A DNA stretch of 63,676 bases, the filler included, from Lama guanicoe (taxonomy: Eukaryota): NCBI GenBank assembly GCA_013239625.1. It is 145 parts of 145 records of this genome, joined end to end, with 100 filler letters (N's around TTAATTAATTAA, not from the genome) between each part and the next. Parts side by side here need not be neighbours in the genome. Positions count along the whole stretch, not along the records: positions 36,460 to 36,799 come from PNXV01057059.1; positions 36,900 to 37,239 come from PNXV01057060.1; positions 37,340 to 37,679 come from PNXV01057061.1; positions 37,780 to 38,119 come from PNXV01057062.1; positions 38,220 to 38,559 come from PNXV01057063.1; positions 38,660 to 38,999 come from PNXV01057064.1; positions 39,100 to 39,439 come from PNXV01057065.1; positions 39,540 to 39,879 come from PNXV01057066.1; 137 more parts are not named here. One strand, written 5' to 3'. The position numbers and the translations under genes were made by a program. Numbering within the stretch: the first letter of the stretch is position 1; each line of letters opens with the position of its first letter. Under the pieces are notes generated by a model. The model was not told the DNA's origin, did not search any database, and was given only the letters and a program-made list of their open reading frames with translations. Below, piece after piece: positions 36,360 to 48,685 of the stretch.

Positions 36360-39099
36360 NNNNNNNNNNNNNNNNNNNNNNNNNNNNNNNNNNNNNNNNN
36401 NNNTTAATTAATTAANNNNNNNNNNNNNNNNNNNNNNNNNNNNNNNNNNNNNNNNNNNNTTTGTCTGCCAATCACTGCCTGCAAGAGTCAGAGCCAGGAC
36501 GGGGCAGCGGCTGGAGTGAAACAGGCCTCGGTCACCCAGCAGCTTCCATGGTCCCTCAAGGTATCACCAGGGATCAAGGCGGCATGGACACCTGGCACGG
36601 ACTCATGCCTTTCTTCCACACACCTCCGCAGCTGGGAGGCAGCTCAAGGCTAGGCACCTGCTGAGGCTTCTCTACCTCCAGCTGGGCCAAGGTCTGTCCT
36701 GGGAAGCTCTGGGGGCACAGACTTCCCCAGGGCACATCCTGATGGGTGCCCCCACTGCCTAAATGAGGTACCTTGAACAAGACCTGAAGCGGCACCTGCN
36801 NNNNNNNNNNNNNNNNNNNNNNNNNNNNNNNNNNNNNNNNNNNTTAATTAATTAANNNNNNNNNNNNNNNNNNNNNNNNNNNNNNNNNNNNNNNNNNNNT
36901 GAGACCAGTCAAAACTAGCTCATTACATAAGCTAGACTATCTGAGGAAATGCATTTCTAATTATGAGAAAATAAAAGGACAAATAATTTTGGAAGTGGGC
37001 TACAAATGTACTTTTTTTAAATAAAGGTAAGTTACCCCACCAGTGAGTGTGTTGAATATAAATGTTTCTTTTCAGAGGACTGTAGATTCCCATCTTTTAC
37101 CTGAAAGAATATCTTCCCTGACAGGGTGACTCCGGGGCATGTTCACACTTACTGTGATGGGGGACAGAATCACCTTCACTTTTTAAATTAATTTTATGAA
37201 TTATTATATTTCTTTTTTATTGAAGTATAGTCAGTTTACNNNNNNNNNNNNNNNNNNNNNNNNNNNNNNNNNNNNNNNNNNNNTTAATTAATTAANNNNN
37301 NNNNNNNNNNNNNNNNNNNNNNNNNNNNNNNNNNNNNNNACACTTTGTAAGATGGTAATTTGTGGCATGGATTTATATATAGAATTCTTAGTGAAGGCTT
37401 CCAACAGTGTGTCTTGAAAAAATTAAAAATTGACATTTAAAATGTTCCAAGAAAAGTGCTAGCCATTTGATCAGCACCAGAATACCTTAGGGAAATAAAA
37501 ATTTCAGCTTCTATGAGAATGGTATTTATAAGACAGAAGCAGCTCACACTTGCCAACAGGATCAGCGATGTTGTGGAATTACGTGTGTTCCTGCTGCAGG
37601 AGAGTATTGCAGATCAGCTACCATGTAAAATGATGATGGCAGTTCAGGGAAATAAAAGATTAAAATTTGCACTGGATTANNNNNNNNNNNNNNNNNNNNN
37701 NNNNNNNNNNNNNNNNNNNNNNNTTAATTAATTAANNNNNNNNNNNNNNNNNNNNNNNNNNNNNNNNNNNNNNNNNNNNTATGAGCAGAGACAGTTGCCA
37801 ACAAAATAATCATTTTTTTAAACTATAAATTGGAACATATAATTCCCTTCTGAAAAGCCATCTGTGCTTTTTGGTTATACGTAAAAACAAACTCAGACTT
37901 CTTAATCTGTTCAACTAAGTCTTGAGAAGTTTGACTCCTTCATAATTTCATATGCTGTCCCCACCATACCTGCTACACACTGGACTCAGTGGTCCACTGC
38001 CCATTTAGGGAGAATGAGAAGTCCTTTAGGGACCTTCTCCCATGTTATTTTCTCTATTTGGTGTACTCTAGAGAAGTGGATTTGTCCAAGGATAGACTGC
38101 TCACTAGTTAGCAAATGGTNNNNNNNNNNNNNNNNNNNNNNNNNNNNNNNNNNNNNNNNNNNNTTAATTAATTAANNNNNNNNNNNNNNNNNNNNNNNNN
38201 NNNNNNNNNNNNNNNNNNNTCCACTCAGATGAGGAACCAAGACCAAAACAACCTCTGGTGCCCAAAAACCTGTTGGAAGCAGAGGCTTCAGCCCCCCAAA
38301 CCTCAGACTCGGGCGGCGGGAGAGGCCCACCCTGATCTTTCCTTCAGGAACCAAACAAGATCAGGGGTTGCTTGGTTTTGGATACGAGGAGCGGTGGCTT
38401 CCATGTCTTCCCTGGTGTGAGGGCTGAGGCCAGGCAGAGGCGGTGATGCTAGAGGACAAGCAGAGACGGGGCTTTGCCCTCGGCGGCGGGAGTGAGCCCC
38501 AGCCCTGGGATCCAGCTCACATTTCTAGAAGAGACAAGATGTTCAGCAGATGTTGAACCNNNNNNNNNNNNNNNNNNNNNNNNNNNNNNNNNNNNNNNNN
38601 NNNTTAATTAATTAANNNNNNNNNNNNNNNNNNNNNNNNNNNNNNNNNNNNNNNNNNNNAAAAAAAATCAAATAGAATGAAATTATTGTGACCCTACATT
38701 TTGTTTAGAATGTGCATTTTTAATGAGTTTTAGCTGAAAGTCTATAATATTTACTGAACATTTATATTCAATATTCAGTTATTAATGTTTATATATTTCA
38801 ATGTTATTGGATACAATTTATAAATTTTCAAAATAAAATTGATCTTGTACATACACAAAACATTGCCCACGTTTATATACTGCAGTTATATAGCCGTATA
38901 TTATCTACAGTCAATGATAGGCTGGATTTGCTCTTGAAGATCAAGGGCAGATTTCTCTTAGGTAATTGTGACATGTTGAGGGGTTGAGCAGGTACTATAN
39001 NNNNNNNNNNNNNNNNNNNNNNNNNNNNNNNNNNNNNNNNNNNTTAATTAATTAANNNNNNNNNNNNNNNNNNNNNNNNNNNNNNNNNNNNNNNNNNNN

Positions 39100-39439
39100 A
39101 ACTGACACATTGTAACTGACTATACTTCAATAAAAATAAATAAGTAAATAAGTAAAAAAGAAGTGGGAATCTTCTAGTTTTTTTATTTTCTGAAATAGTT
39201 TGGCATATTTTTGGTCCTTTTCTTTCCACATGAAATGTAACATCAGTGTGCCACTTACTGCAAAGTGGTAGCTGCAGTTTTGATAGAGACTGCAGTGAAT
39301 CTGTAGATTCATTTGGGGATTATTATCACCTTAGCAATATTAAGTCTTCCAGGCCATGACTATGAGGCATCTTTCCACTCTGAGGCTTTCTTCAATATCT
39401 TTCAAAAGCTTTGTAACTAGTTTTAGAATGGTTTTTTTT
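39100..39439. mobile_element. Young L1 3' tail (+, about 39100-39160) inserted next to an older L1 ORF2 fragment (-)
   Basis: actgacacattgtaactgactatacttcAATAAA, then tttgatagagactgcagtgaatctgtagattcatttgggga..aatattaagtcttcca. Confidence 0.8.
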
Positions 39440-41358
39440 NNNNNNNNNNNNNNNNNNNNNNNNNNNNNNNNNNNNNNNNNNNNTTAATTAATTAANNNNN
39501 NNNNNNNNNNNNNNNNNNNNNNNNNNNNNNNNNNNNNNNTTACAGGGAAGATCATCAGAAAGCTTAAAACCAAACTTCTGAAAACACAGTATATATTTAG
39601 TGACTAAAGAACATTTTCAAGCATTGTTAGAGAAAGGTATCTAAACCAGAGAATAAATTTACCCATGACCAATTTAGGAAGAATGACTTATTATTTACAA
39701 ATAGCTGGCAGTGGTAGATCATATTTAATACACTCAGACTATTGAGAAGAGATGCCAACAATACGCCAATATATGCTGTCTTAAAAAAGAAAACAGAGAA
39801 ATTATTTTGAGGGAAAAAGTGTTGCACATGTTTGGCATGAAACTAATATTGGTTGAATAATAATGGAATCCATGAGAGANNNNNNNNNNNNNNNNNNNNN
39901 NNNNNNNNNNNNNNNNNNNNNNNTTAATTAATTAANNNNNNNNNNNNNNNNNNNNNNNNNNNNNNNNNNNNNNNNNNNNTAAAAGGTGCAGAACCAACAA
40001 GACTAAGCCTTGGAAACAGAGCACAGGGTTAAAGTCAAAGGAACAGATCTAATACGGAATCTGATTTGTTCTTTGCTATTATCGAGGCAGAATTCACTTG
40101 AGGATTTAAATCCTTTTTGGTTAAAAATAAGTAAAACTTTAAAGAAATTTACACACATAGGTTGAAATGTGCATGAAATATTTGGAAAATCTCAGAGGGC
40201 TTGACCAGGGAAGTGAAATTTGAGCTTCTGGCCTTGAGGGGCTACAGAAAGGCATGGAGGGAGGACTGGCGCCTCCTTCGGGGTGCCCTTGAAGGTAAAG
40301 CTTTTTCTCTTCATCTCTGNNNNNNNNNNNNNNNNNNNNNNNNNNNNNNNNNNNNNNNNNNNNTTAATTAATTAANNNNNNNNNNNNNNNNNNNNNNNNN
40401 NNNNNNNNNNNNNNNNNNNGAATCATGATCAAATGAATAAAGTGTGTCTTTGGGATAAAGAGTAGATGGGTATTTTGCATATAATTGATACGTCCTAAAT
40501 ACTATTAAATGGCTCTTCATGGACTTCATTTGAGGCCTTTGAGATTTTTGCAGGCACTTAGGAACTTGTGTCTCAAGAAGAATCAATAGTTGGGCCAGGG
40601 CAGGATGTATCTTTGTTGTCACTGGAATTAAAGGCAGTACCAACAGTGAAGGGTAAAGACTCCAAGCCCCATTTCCTGGGTTCAGAATCAGCTCTGCCTC
40701 TTTCTAGAATATGGTAAGTTACCTAGCACACATCTGCCTCAATTTCCTTTTCTCTGTAANNNNNNNNNNNNNNNNNNNNNNNNNNNNNNNNNNNNNNNNN
40801 NNNTTAATTAATTAANNNNNNNNNNNNNNNNNNNNNNNNNNNNNNNNNNNNNNNNNNNNGACTGAAGATAACTAAGCAAATTTACTTTTACAAATAAAAG
40901 TATGTTTCCAAAATGCTTCCCTTGCCTCATAAATGAAAAAAGGGGCTTTTTCTCTTAAATCCCATCAGTTGTTTCTCTTTAGTCAGGTAATCCAAAACAT
41001 AAATATCTGGAGCAAAATTTATCATGTTTTGTTCACCACAGCCATGAGGCATCTGAATTAGTGAGGCAAAGCCATTGATGGAAGAACCAAGAATATCTCC
41101 TAAAAGCACAAGATATTTAATATGTTCAGTAAATCCTCAAATAACTGTATTACTGGTGGCAAAGAGACTCCCTGTGAGAGCAGAAGGCACCTGACCCAGN
41201 NNNNNNNNNNNNNNNNNNNNNNNNNNNNNNNNNNNNNNNNNNNTTAATTAATTAANNNNNNNNNNNNNNNNNNNNNNNNNNNNNNNNNNNNNNNNNNNNG
41301 GAAAAAAGAGATGTGGAGCAGAGTCTCCCACTGATGCCTGCCTGAGTCCCAGCACTGA

Positions 41359-41639
41359 GAAGTCAGGGATGTAGCACTCTCCTGGGGCCGTACAGTGCAC
41401 AGGACCCCGAGGTCTGGGATGAAGCCCTATTTGGTTACAGCCCTGTGCACAGGGCTACGAGGTCAGGGGTGCAGCCCTTTTCTGGTACAGGACTGTGAAC
41501 AGGACCCCATGGTCAACTTTGCAGCCTCATTCTGGGACAATGCTGTGCATACAGCCCCCAGATTAGGGGTGCAGCCCTGTTGTGCACCAGTCCTGTACAC
41601 AGGGCTCTGAGGTCACTGACGGAGCCCTGTCCTGGAACA
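41359..41639 (+). repeat. 50-bp tandem repeat, about 5.6 diverged copies, with palindromic core
   Basis: Units start at 41359, 41409, 41459, 41509, 41559 and 41609 (GAGGTCAGGGRTGCAGCCCT..CTGTGCACAGG..). Perfect palindrome AGCCCTGTGCACAGGGCT at 41439-41456. Confidence 0.88.
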
Positions 41640-42620
41640 NNNNNNNNNNNNNNNNNNNNNNNNNNNNNNNNNNNNNNNNNNNNTTAATTAATTAANNNNN
41701 NNNNNNNNNNNNNNNNNNNNNNNNNNNNNNNNNNNNNNNAGAGTGGTCAGTTAATATCTGTTAAAACAGATCATTGCAACAGGCTATGACAGGTGCTTAA
41801 ATGTGGGGTATATCCAATGTGCTGGGGGCTCAGAGAGGAAGGACAGCTCCTAGGAGGAGATACTGACTGGGTACAGTCTTCATATCATCAGAGACTGGAG
41901 GAAAGGAGAAAATGAATCACTTCAATGGAAGAGACGTTTTGATTTCAATCTAGATAGTCTAAAATCACGTTTAATGAAGATAAATGGCTTTTTCAGTTGT
42001 ACCTTAATGGCCCTGATTTTGCATTTTCTCTCTACTCTTTCAGCTCTGCATTAATTACGGACTTATGGAAGAAGCAACCNNNNNNNNNNNNNNNNNNNNN
42101 NNNNNNNNNNNNNNNNNNNNNNNTTAATTAATTAANNNNNNNNNNNNNNNNNNNNNNNNNNNNNNNNNNNNNNNNNNNNCTCTCTCTTTTGGGGAGTGGT
42201 ATTCGGGATGGGAGCTCAGGATTATATTAAGAAACTCAAGTGGATTAAGAAAAGAGTGGGTCACACCAGCACACTTTCAGTGTAGCCCTGTGTTCAGCAA
42301 ACAGCTTCATCAGATAGAGGAACATCTGGGAATGTACATGCAGATGCTGTCAACTTTGACTGTTTCTACAAGCTCTTGAAGGCATTAATTCATCCCGGCA
42401 TCTGGCTGCTTTGCTTCTGACCCAGTACAACTACTAGGTTGATTTTTATCACACGGTTACTTTGAAAATTGTCTAGCTATTATGCGGATGAAGCCCAAGA
42501 TTCATTTTCTTTTGCATAANNNNNNNNNNNNNNNNNNNNNNNNNNNNNNNNNNNNNNNNNNNNTTAATTAATTAANNNNNNNNNNNNNNNNNNNNNNNNN
42601 NNNNNNNNNNNNNNNNNNNC

Positions 42621-42959
42621 AACCATTTCTACTGTGCAGACCCAGCCCTCTTAATGTTGACGTGTTCTGACACTTACATAAAGCAAACTGCCCTGTTTGT
42701 GTCTGCCGGGATTAACCTCACAAGTTCCCTCCTTATAATCCTCATCTCCTATGTTTTCATTTTTATCACCATCACGAGGATCCGTTCCACTGAAGGGCAG
42801 CGCAAAGCCTTCTCCACCTGTGGCTCCCACCTGACAGCTGTCACTATGTTCTATGGGTCCCTGTTCTGCATGTATCTGAGACCAGCAAACGAGCAATCTG
42901 TTGAACAAGGGAAAATTGTCTCAGTGTTTTGTATTTTTGTGAGTCCCATGCTGAATCCA
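42621..42959 (+). CDS. Olfactory receptor, ECL2 to TM7, OR5M-like, partial (open across the whole contig)
   Basis: [35 protein letters not shown], all hallmark OR motifs. No stop in 113 codons. Confidence 0.95.
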
Positions 42960-43060
42960 NNNNNNNNNNNNNNNNNNNNNNNNNNNNNNNNNNNNNNNNN
43001 NNNTTAATTAATTAANNNNNNNNNNNNNNNNNNNNNNNNNNNNNNNNNNNNNNNNNNNNG

Positions 43061-43399
43061 CGTCTCAGCAAGCGGCGCTTCCCAGGGCTGCGGCTCTTCG
43101 GGCACAGGAAAGCCATCACCAAGTCGGGCCTCCAGCACCTGGCACCCCCTCCTCCTGCTCCTGGGGCCCCGTGCAGTGAGCCTGAGCGGCAGATCCGGAG
43201 CACTGTGGACTGGAGCGGGTCAGCGACGTATGGGGAGCATATCTGGTTTGAGACCAACGTGTCAGTGGACTTCTGCTATGTTGGGAGGCAATACTGTGTT
43301 GCTAAGATGCTGAAATCAGCGCCCTGGAGAAAGTGTGCCCCCTGCAAGATTGTGGTGCACACCCCCTGCTTTAGAAGATAAATTTCCACTGTAAGCCAT
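43061..43399 (+). pseudogene. DGKZ: Processed pseudogene of diacylglycerol kinase zeta (N-terminus and C1A domain)
   Basis: [103 protein letters not shown] matches DGKZ across several exon junctions with no introns. A ~10-nt deletion near 43370 shifts the frame (TAA 43379-43381), and KINFHCKP continues in another frame. Confidence 0.93.
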
Positions 43400-43499
43400 N
43401 NNNNNNNNNNNNNNNNNNNNNNNNNNNNNNNNNNNNNNNNNNNTTAATTAATTAANNNNNNNNNNNNNNNNNNNNNNNNNNNNNNNNNNNNNNNNNNNN

Positions 43500-43839
43500 T
43501 AAACAAATTGAATTTCCCAATCAAAAGATACAGACTCTGGATGGATTAAAGGAAAATAAGACTCAACTATATGCTGCATATAAGAGACTCACATCAGCAT
43601 TAAAGACACACATACACTCAAAGTGAAGGGATGGAAAAAGATATTTTATGCAAATGGAAACCAAAAGAAAGCAGAGGTGGCTATAGTTACATCAGACAAT
43701 GGGCCTTAGCCAAAAATGATAACAAGAGACAAACAAGATTATTATATAATGATAAGGGGGTCAATTTATCAAGAAGACACAATAATCATAAATATATTTC
43801 CATTCAACATTAGAGCACCTAAATATATTATGCAAATAC
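43500..43839 (+). mobile_element. L1 ORF2 endonuclease-domain fragment (decayed)
   Basis: LNFPIKRYRL..TICCI*ETH..KVKGWKKIFYANGNQKKAEVAI..HYIMIRGSI-type sequence. Confidence 0.9.
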
Positions 43840-46800
43840 NNNNNNNNNNNNNNNNNNNNNNNNNNNNNNNNNNNNNNNNNNNNTTAATTAATTAANNNNN
43901 NNNNNNNNNNNNNNNNNNNNNNNNNNNNNNNNNNNNNNNCTGTTGAATGAGAAGAAATGAATGATTGAAACCAGCTAATCTAGCTGCCTGGATTAGATGG
44001 GCGTCCTCCGTGTTGTCAGTTCTCATTTAGAGGCAGAGACGATAGAATTCTCTTGTCTTTCTCTCCATGACCTGTGCTGGAAAACTGAAGCTGCTTTTCC
44101 AGCTTCTGGCCCTTGCCCCTTGTCCTTTTGTGGCCAACCCAGTATTACTACTTTTACTCCCTTGTTTTTATTGACAACTTGGCTTCCGTAGAGACCAAGG
44201 CCCTAGTTGGCTGAGTTTGGCTAAACGTGGATTTGGAGAGTTTTCATCTGCTTTTGTGTGTAGATAATTCAAAGTTTAANNNNNNNNNNNNNNNNNNNNN
44301 NNNNNNNNNNNNNNNNNNNNNNNTTAATTAATTAANNNNNNNNNNNNNNNNNNNNNNNNNNNNNNNNNNNNNNNNNNNNAGGCCCCTTCCCTTCTGTACT
44401 GGAGTCTAATGCGAATCTCAGCCACAGGGAGCTGGAGGGCCAAGCATGTGAAGAAGCAGGCAGTTCTTGGCGCTGCTGACAAGGCCAGGGTCGCTGTGAG
44501 ACTGCTCTGTGATGAAAAAGCCCCATCTCACACGAAATCCGGTTTGCGGACAGCCAGGCAGTAATACTGCAGCCTCCCCTGTGTATTACTTACTCTTTTC
44601 GCTCTTTCTTTGGGGAGTCTGTCTTACACACTCCTTTCCTGCACAAGTCAATATAAAACTTTTTTTAAAAAATCTGAGCAATAGGAGACTACAATTAACC
44701 AAAATCCAAGCTGAAATACNNNNNNNNNNNNNNNNNNNNNNNNNNNNNNNNNNNNNNNNNNNNTTAATTAATTAANNNNNNNNNNNNNNNNNNNNNNNNN
44801 NNNNNNNNNNNNNNNNNNNCATAATCAGCCTCAGTGACTGGCAGCTACTTTAAGGCTCGCAACTAGGAAGGCTGGGTCCATGGGACTCCACTGCCTTTTT
44901 ACTTCTTGGTGAAGCCTGCATAGTGTAACCCACATGCAGCCAACATATCTGGCCCCAGACTCAGAAGAAGGATCTCAGCCTTTCGAAGTTGCGCTTCAAG
45001 AAGCGACCAGAAGTACGAGAACACAGCTTTGGGGCTGTTTCACATTTACTGCAGTGATCAGCTGGGTAGGCAACTTGATCCCGGCACCAAGGTTCCACCC
45101 AGGCCACATGGGGCCACATCCTCTGTAGGACTGCGAGTGTCATGTTTAGCGAGCCAGACNNNNNNNNNNNNNNNNNNNNNNNNNNNNNNNNNNNNNNNNN
45201 NNNTTAATTAATTAANNNNNNNNNNNNNNNNNNNNNNNNNNNNNNNNNNNNNNNNNNNNTTTTTCTCTTGGAGTCCCTAAAGCCCCTGTCCCCTAGCCCA
45301 TAAGAGACAATGCGGACATAATAGACAAGGGGTGATGTTTCTTTGGTTCTATGGGCTCAGTGATGTCCTTTGGCTGCCAAGATAATCCTTTATTCATTCA
45401 CAGAGTCAACAGTCACTTATTGCATAACAAGCACTGGGAAAACAAGGGGAACGACTTAGATGGTTTCCTGTTCTCGTAGAGACCACCAGTAGTAGACATA
45501 CTCAGTTCTTTGTCACAGGGATTTCACTTTGATGCTCAACCAGCAGAACATGCAGCCCACCCTTCAGTAGAGCACCCCAGAGAATGTCTTCTATGCTCTT
45601 NNNNNNNNNNNNNNNNNNNNNNNNNNNNNNNNNNNNNNNNNNNNTTAATTAATTAANNNNNNNNNNNNNNNNNNNNNNNNNNNNNNNNNNNNNNNNNNNN
45701 GTGTGTGTGTGTGTATCCGTGTTTGTAATATTCAGAAGGATGTAAGGGAAGACGCCAGTGATACCCAGTAACTTCACTGACATCTGTATCTTCCCCTACT
45801 GACTTTTCATCTTATGTTCGTGAAAGTATAATATAAGAGATTTCTGAGTGAGACTTCCATGTTCAAATTCCTTGTCCCATAATAGGAAATAAGAAAAGGA
45901 ATAAACATTTTAAATTAGGAAACTGGTGTTTTTCTATCTGTCTATCCACCTACCTACCTACCTGCCTGAGTGCTGCCTTTCTCATCCACTGTGGTGTTCC
46001 AGAGTGTTTTAATGTGGGAAGTAGCTTTATGGGATGGGCTGNNNNNNNNNNNNNNNNNNNNNNNNNNNNNNNNNNNNNNNNNNNNTTAATTAATTAANNN
46101 NNNNNNNNNNNNNNNNNNNNNNNNNNNNNNNNNNNNNNNNNGACGATCATTTTAGTTTAGCTTGTAGATACTGTTCTCCACCAAGTCCTTATTTCACTCC
46201 TCAGCAAAAAATGGCATTTGATCAGCTTGATTGCAATTCCATGCTGCCTCCAAAGAAGTACATTCACCTGGCGGCAAAACCCATTTAATAACTGACTGTA
46301 TGTTCGCTAAAGCTTCTGACATGCATAAGTAACCACTAATTGTTTGGTTTCTGACTGGTTCCCTTCAGGCACTGGGGATACAAGGTCTCCCCCTCTTAGC
46401 CTCCTATTTACCCGAACAATTCCATCCATGGCATACAGAGTGCCTAAAAATGTAGGCATGACCGTCTACATCAAAAAAAAAANNNNNNNNNNNNNNNNNN
46501 NNNNNNNNNNNNNNNNNNNNNNNNNNTTAATTAATTAANNNNNNNNNNNNNNNNNNNNNNNNNNNNNNNNNNNNNNNNNNNNTTTTTTTTTTCCCCCTGA
46601 AAAAACAGCAAGGACATATCCTCAGACCATAGATCATATGAAAGGGAAAAGAAAGTACTATACATGAAATGATTTGAGTCCTAGTTCTGGTTTATTTCAT
46701 CAGTAATAAGAAAATTCCTTCCGATATTCCATTACGAACAGTTCTGTGAGGACTTCACATGAAAGGCTGTGCAATTAGACCCTGAGGCTGATCTTCTCCA

Positions 46801-47904
46801 AACCGTGCAAGGACATCTGAGAGCCACATGTAATTTAACTGGCCAGGTTTTGCGTTTTCCTGCTAATTCTATAGTATATCATTTTCATGATTCTTGTTAC
46901 CAGTAAGAGGACTATGGTAGCGGNNNNNNNNNNNNNNNNNNNNNNNNNNNNNNNNNNNNNNNNNNNNTTAATTAATTAANNNNNNNNNNNNNNNNNNNNN
47001 NNNNNNNNNNNNNNNNNNNNNNNCCCTCGCTCCACACTGACTTCTCGTGGCTCGGCTGACTCCTTCCTGACCTCCTGCACCTGGGGTTGCTCCTGGGTCA
47101 CTGAGACGGGCTTCTGTGTCGTCATTCTTTTGACTGGTTCCCCGGCTCAGGCCAGGTGATTCTCCAGTTCAGAATGTCCATTCAGATCCCGGTGACTGAA
47201 AAGGGGCAAAGCCCGCCCTCCAGCTTTGTACCGTGTGCTGTGTGCAACTCTGAGTCTTCCTGGGTGTGGTAGGTGTCACAGCCCGTCACTTGTCTTTTCT
47301 CGGGAGGTAAGTGTGTCTTGGCCGCTGCCTCCAGTGGTACTCTGGGCAGAAAAGCCTGACTCTNNNNNNNNNNNNNNNNNNNNNNNNNNNNNNNNNNNNN
47401 NNNNNNNTTAATTAATTAANNNNNNNNNNNNNNNNNNNNNNNNNNNNNNNNNNNNNNNNNNNNGTGACATCTCGTGACTAGCAGCAGCCTCTGCCTAAGT
47501 GAGTGCTTGACTGCATGGGCCCCTCTTCACTGAAATCCTGAATGACACTGAGTTTTCCCTTCGCCTCTTTGGAAGAGTTTCTCAGAGCTTTCTTTTTGCC
47601 GCCAATATAACTTAACCCACACTCTCACATTGTGTGACTTTATTTCAGTCAACAATGGGAATAAACTGAAGGGAAAGGAGATTGAAAGAGTTTTTGGGGG
47701 GAGCTCTCTGGGGGACGAGGCCTTCAGCATCTTGAAGCTCCATGCCACTCTACGGCCAGTCACATGCCAACACGTCTTTCTTGGGTGAGTCTAAATTCTG
47801 CAAANNNNNNNNNNNNNNNNNNNNNNNNNNNNNNNNNNNNNNNNNNNNTTAATTAATTAANNNNNNNNNNNNNNNNNNNNNNNNNNNNNNNNNNNNNNNN
47901 NNNN

Positions 47905-48244
47905 ACACCAGAAATTGACACAATATTGTAAACTGACTATATACTTCAATAAAGATATATTGTAAAAAAATAAAAGTAGAAATAACATATGATCAGCAAC
48001 CTCACTTTCTGGGTACATATCTAATGGAAATTAAAGCAGTATTATTAGAGCAGGCAGACAGCTAGATACAAGTGGAGAAAGGGGGACACAGACCAAATGG
48101 CAGGGACTGGGCAGAAAGGAGGGGACAAGCCAACTGCAGGAAACCACACATCACGTAAGCCCCAAGGGTCCCTGGGAAGAGAAAGAAAAGCAGGGACCTT
48201 TGGGCTGATAAGGGATCACAGCTTTTGGGGTGATGAGTGGCCTG
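47905..48244 (+). mobile_element. L1 3' tail, older L1 piece, then start of an ERV1-like LTR (about 48040 onward)
   Basis: acaccagaaattgacacaatattgtaaactgactat..cttcaataaa; catatgatcagcaacctcactttctgggtacatatc; tattagagcaggcagacagctagata. Confidence 0.6.
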
Positions 48245-48344
48245 NNNNNNNNNNNNNNNNNNNNNNNNNNNNNNNNNNNNNNNNNNNNTTAATTAATTAA
48301 NNNNNNNNNNNNNNNNNNNNNNNNNNNNNNNNNNNNNNNNNNNN

Positions 48345-48685
48345 GTCTAGGTCCTCTGAATTTCCACTTAAATTTTAGGATCAGCTTCTCATTTAACAAA
48401 AAAGAAGAAAAGAAAATGTGGGCCATGTTTATTATTGAGATTTTAGTGTGCCTATATATAACTTGGGGGAGAAATTACATCTTACCAATATCAAGTTTTA
48501 CAAACCACGACCTAAATGTTTTCAAATTCACTTTAGCAAAATAAAAATTTGTGAGATGCAGCTAAAGCAGAGCTTAGAGGGATAGCTATAGCTGTGAGTG
48601 CTTACAGTGGGAGAGAAGAAAGGTCTGTGATCAGTGAGTTAAGGTTTTGCCTTAAGAAGCTAGAAAAAGAGGAGCAAAATAAATA
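48345..48685. mobile_element. Two L1 ORF2 pieces joined head-to-head (- strand to about 48520, + strand from about 48543)
   Basis: Minus piece lies in the RT region (ttttaggatcagctt..catcttaccaatatcaagt). Plus piece aaaatttgtgagatgcagctaaagcagagcttagaggg..aagctagaaaaagaggagcaaa corresponds to the NLWDAAKAVLRG..KLEKEEQ region. Confidence 0.75.

Noticed and set aside
41359..41639. 50-bp palindromic array as a CRISPR array
   Set aside because: The whole unit repeats with no unique spacers, copies are heavily diverged, and the context is mammalian.
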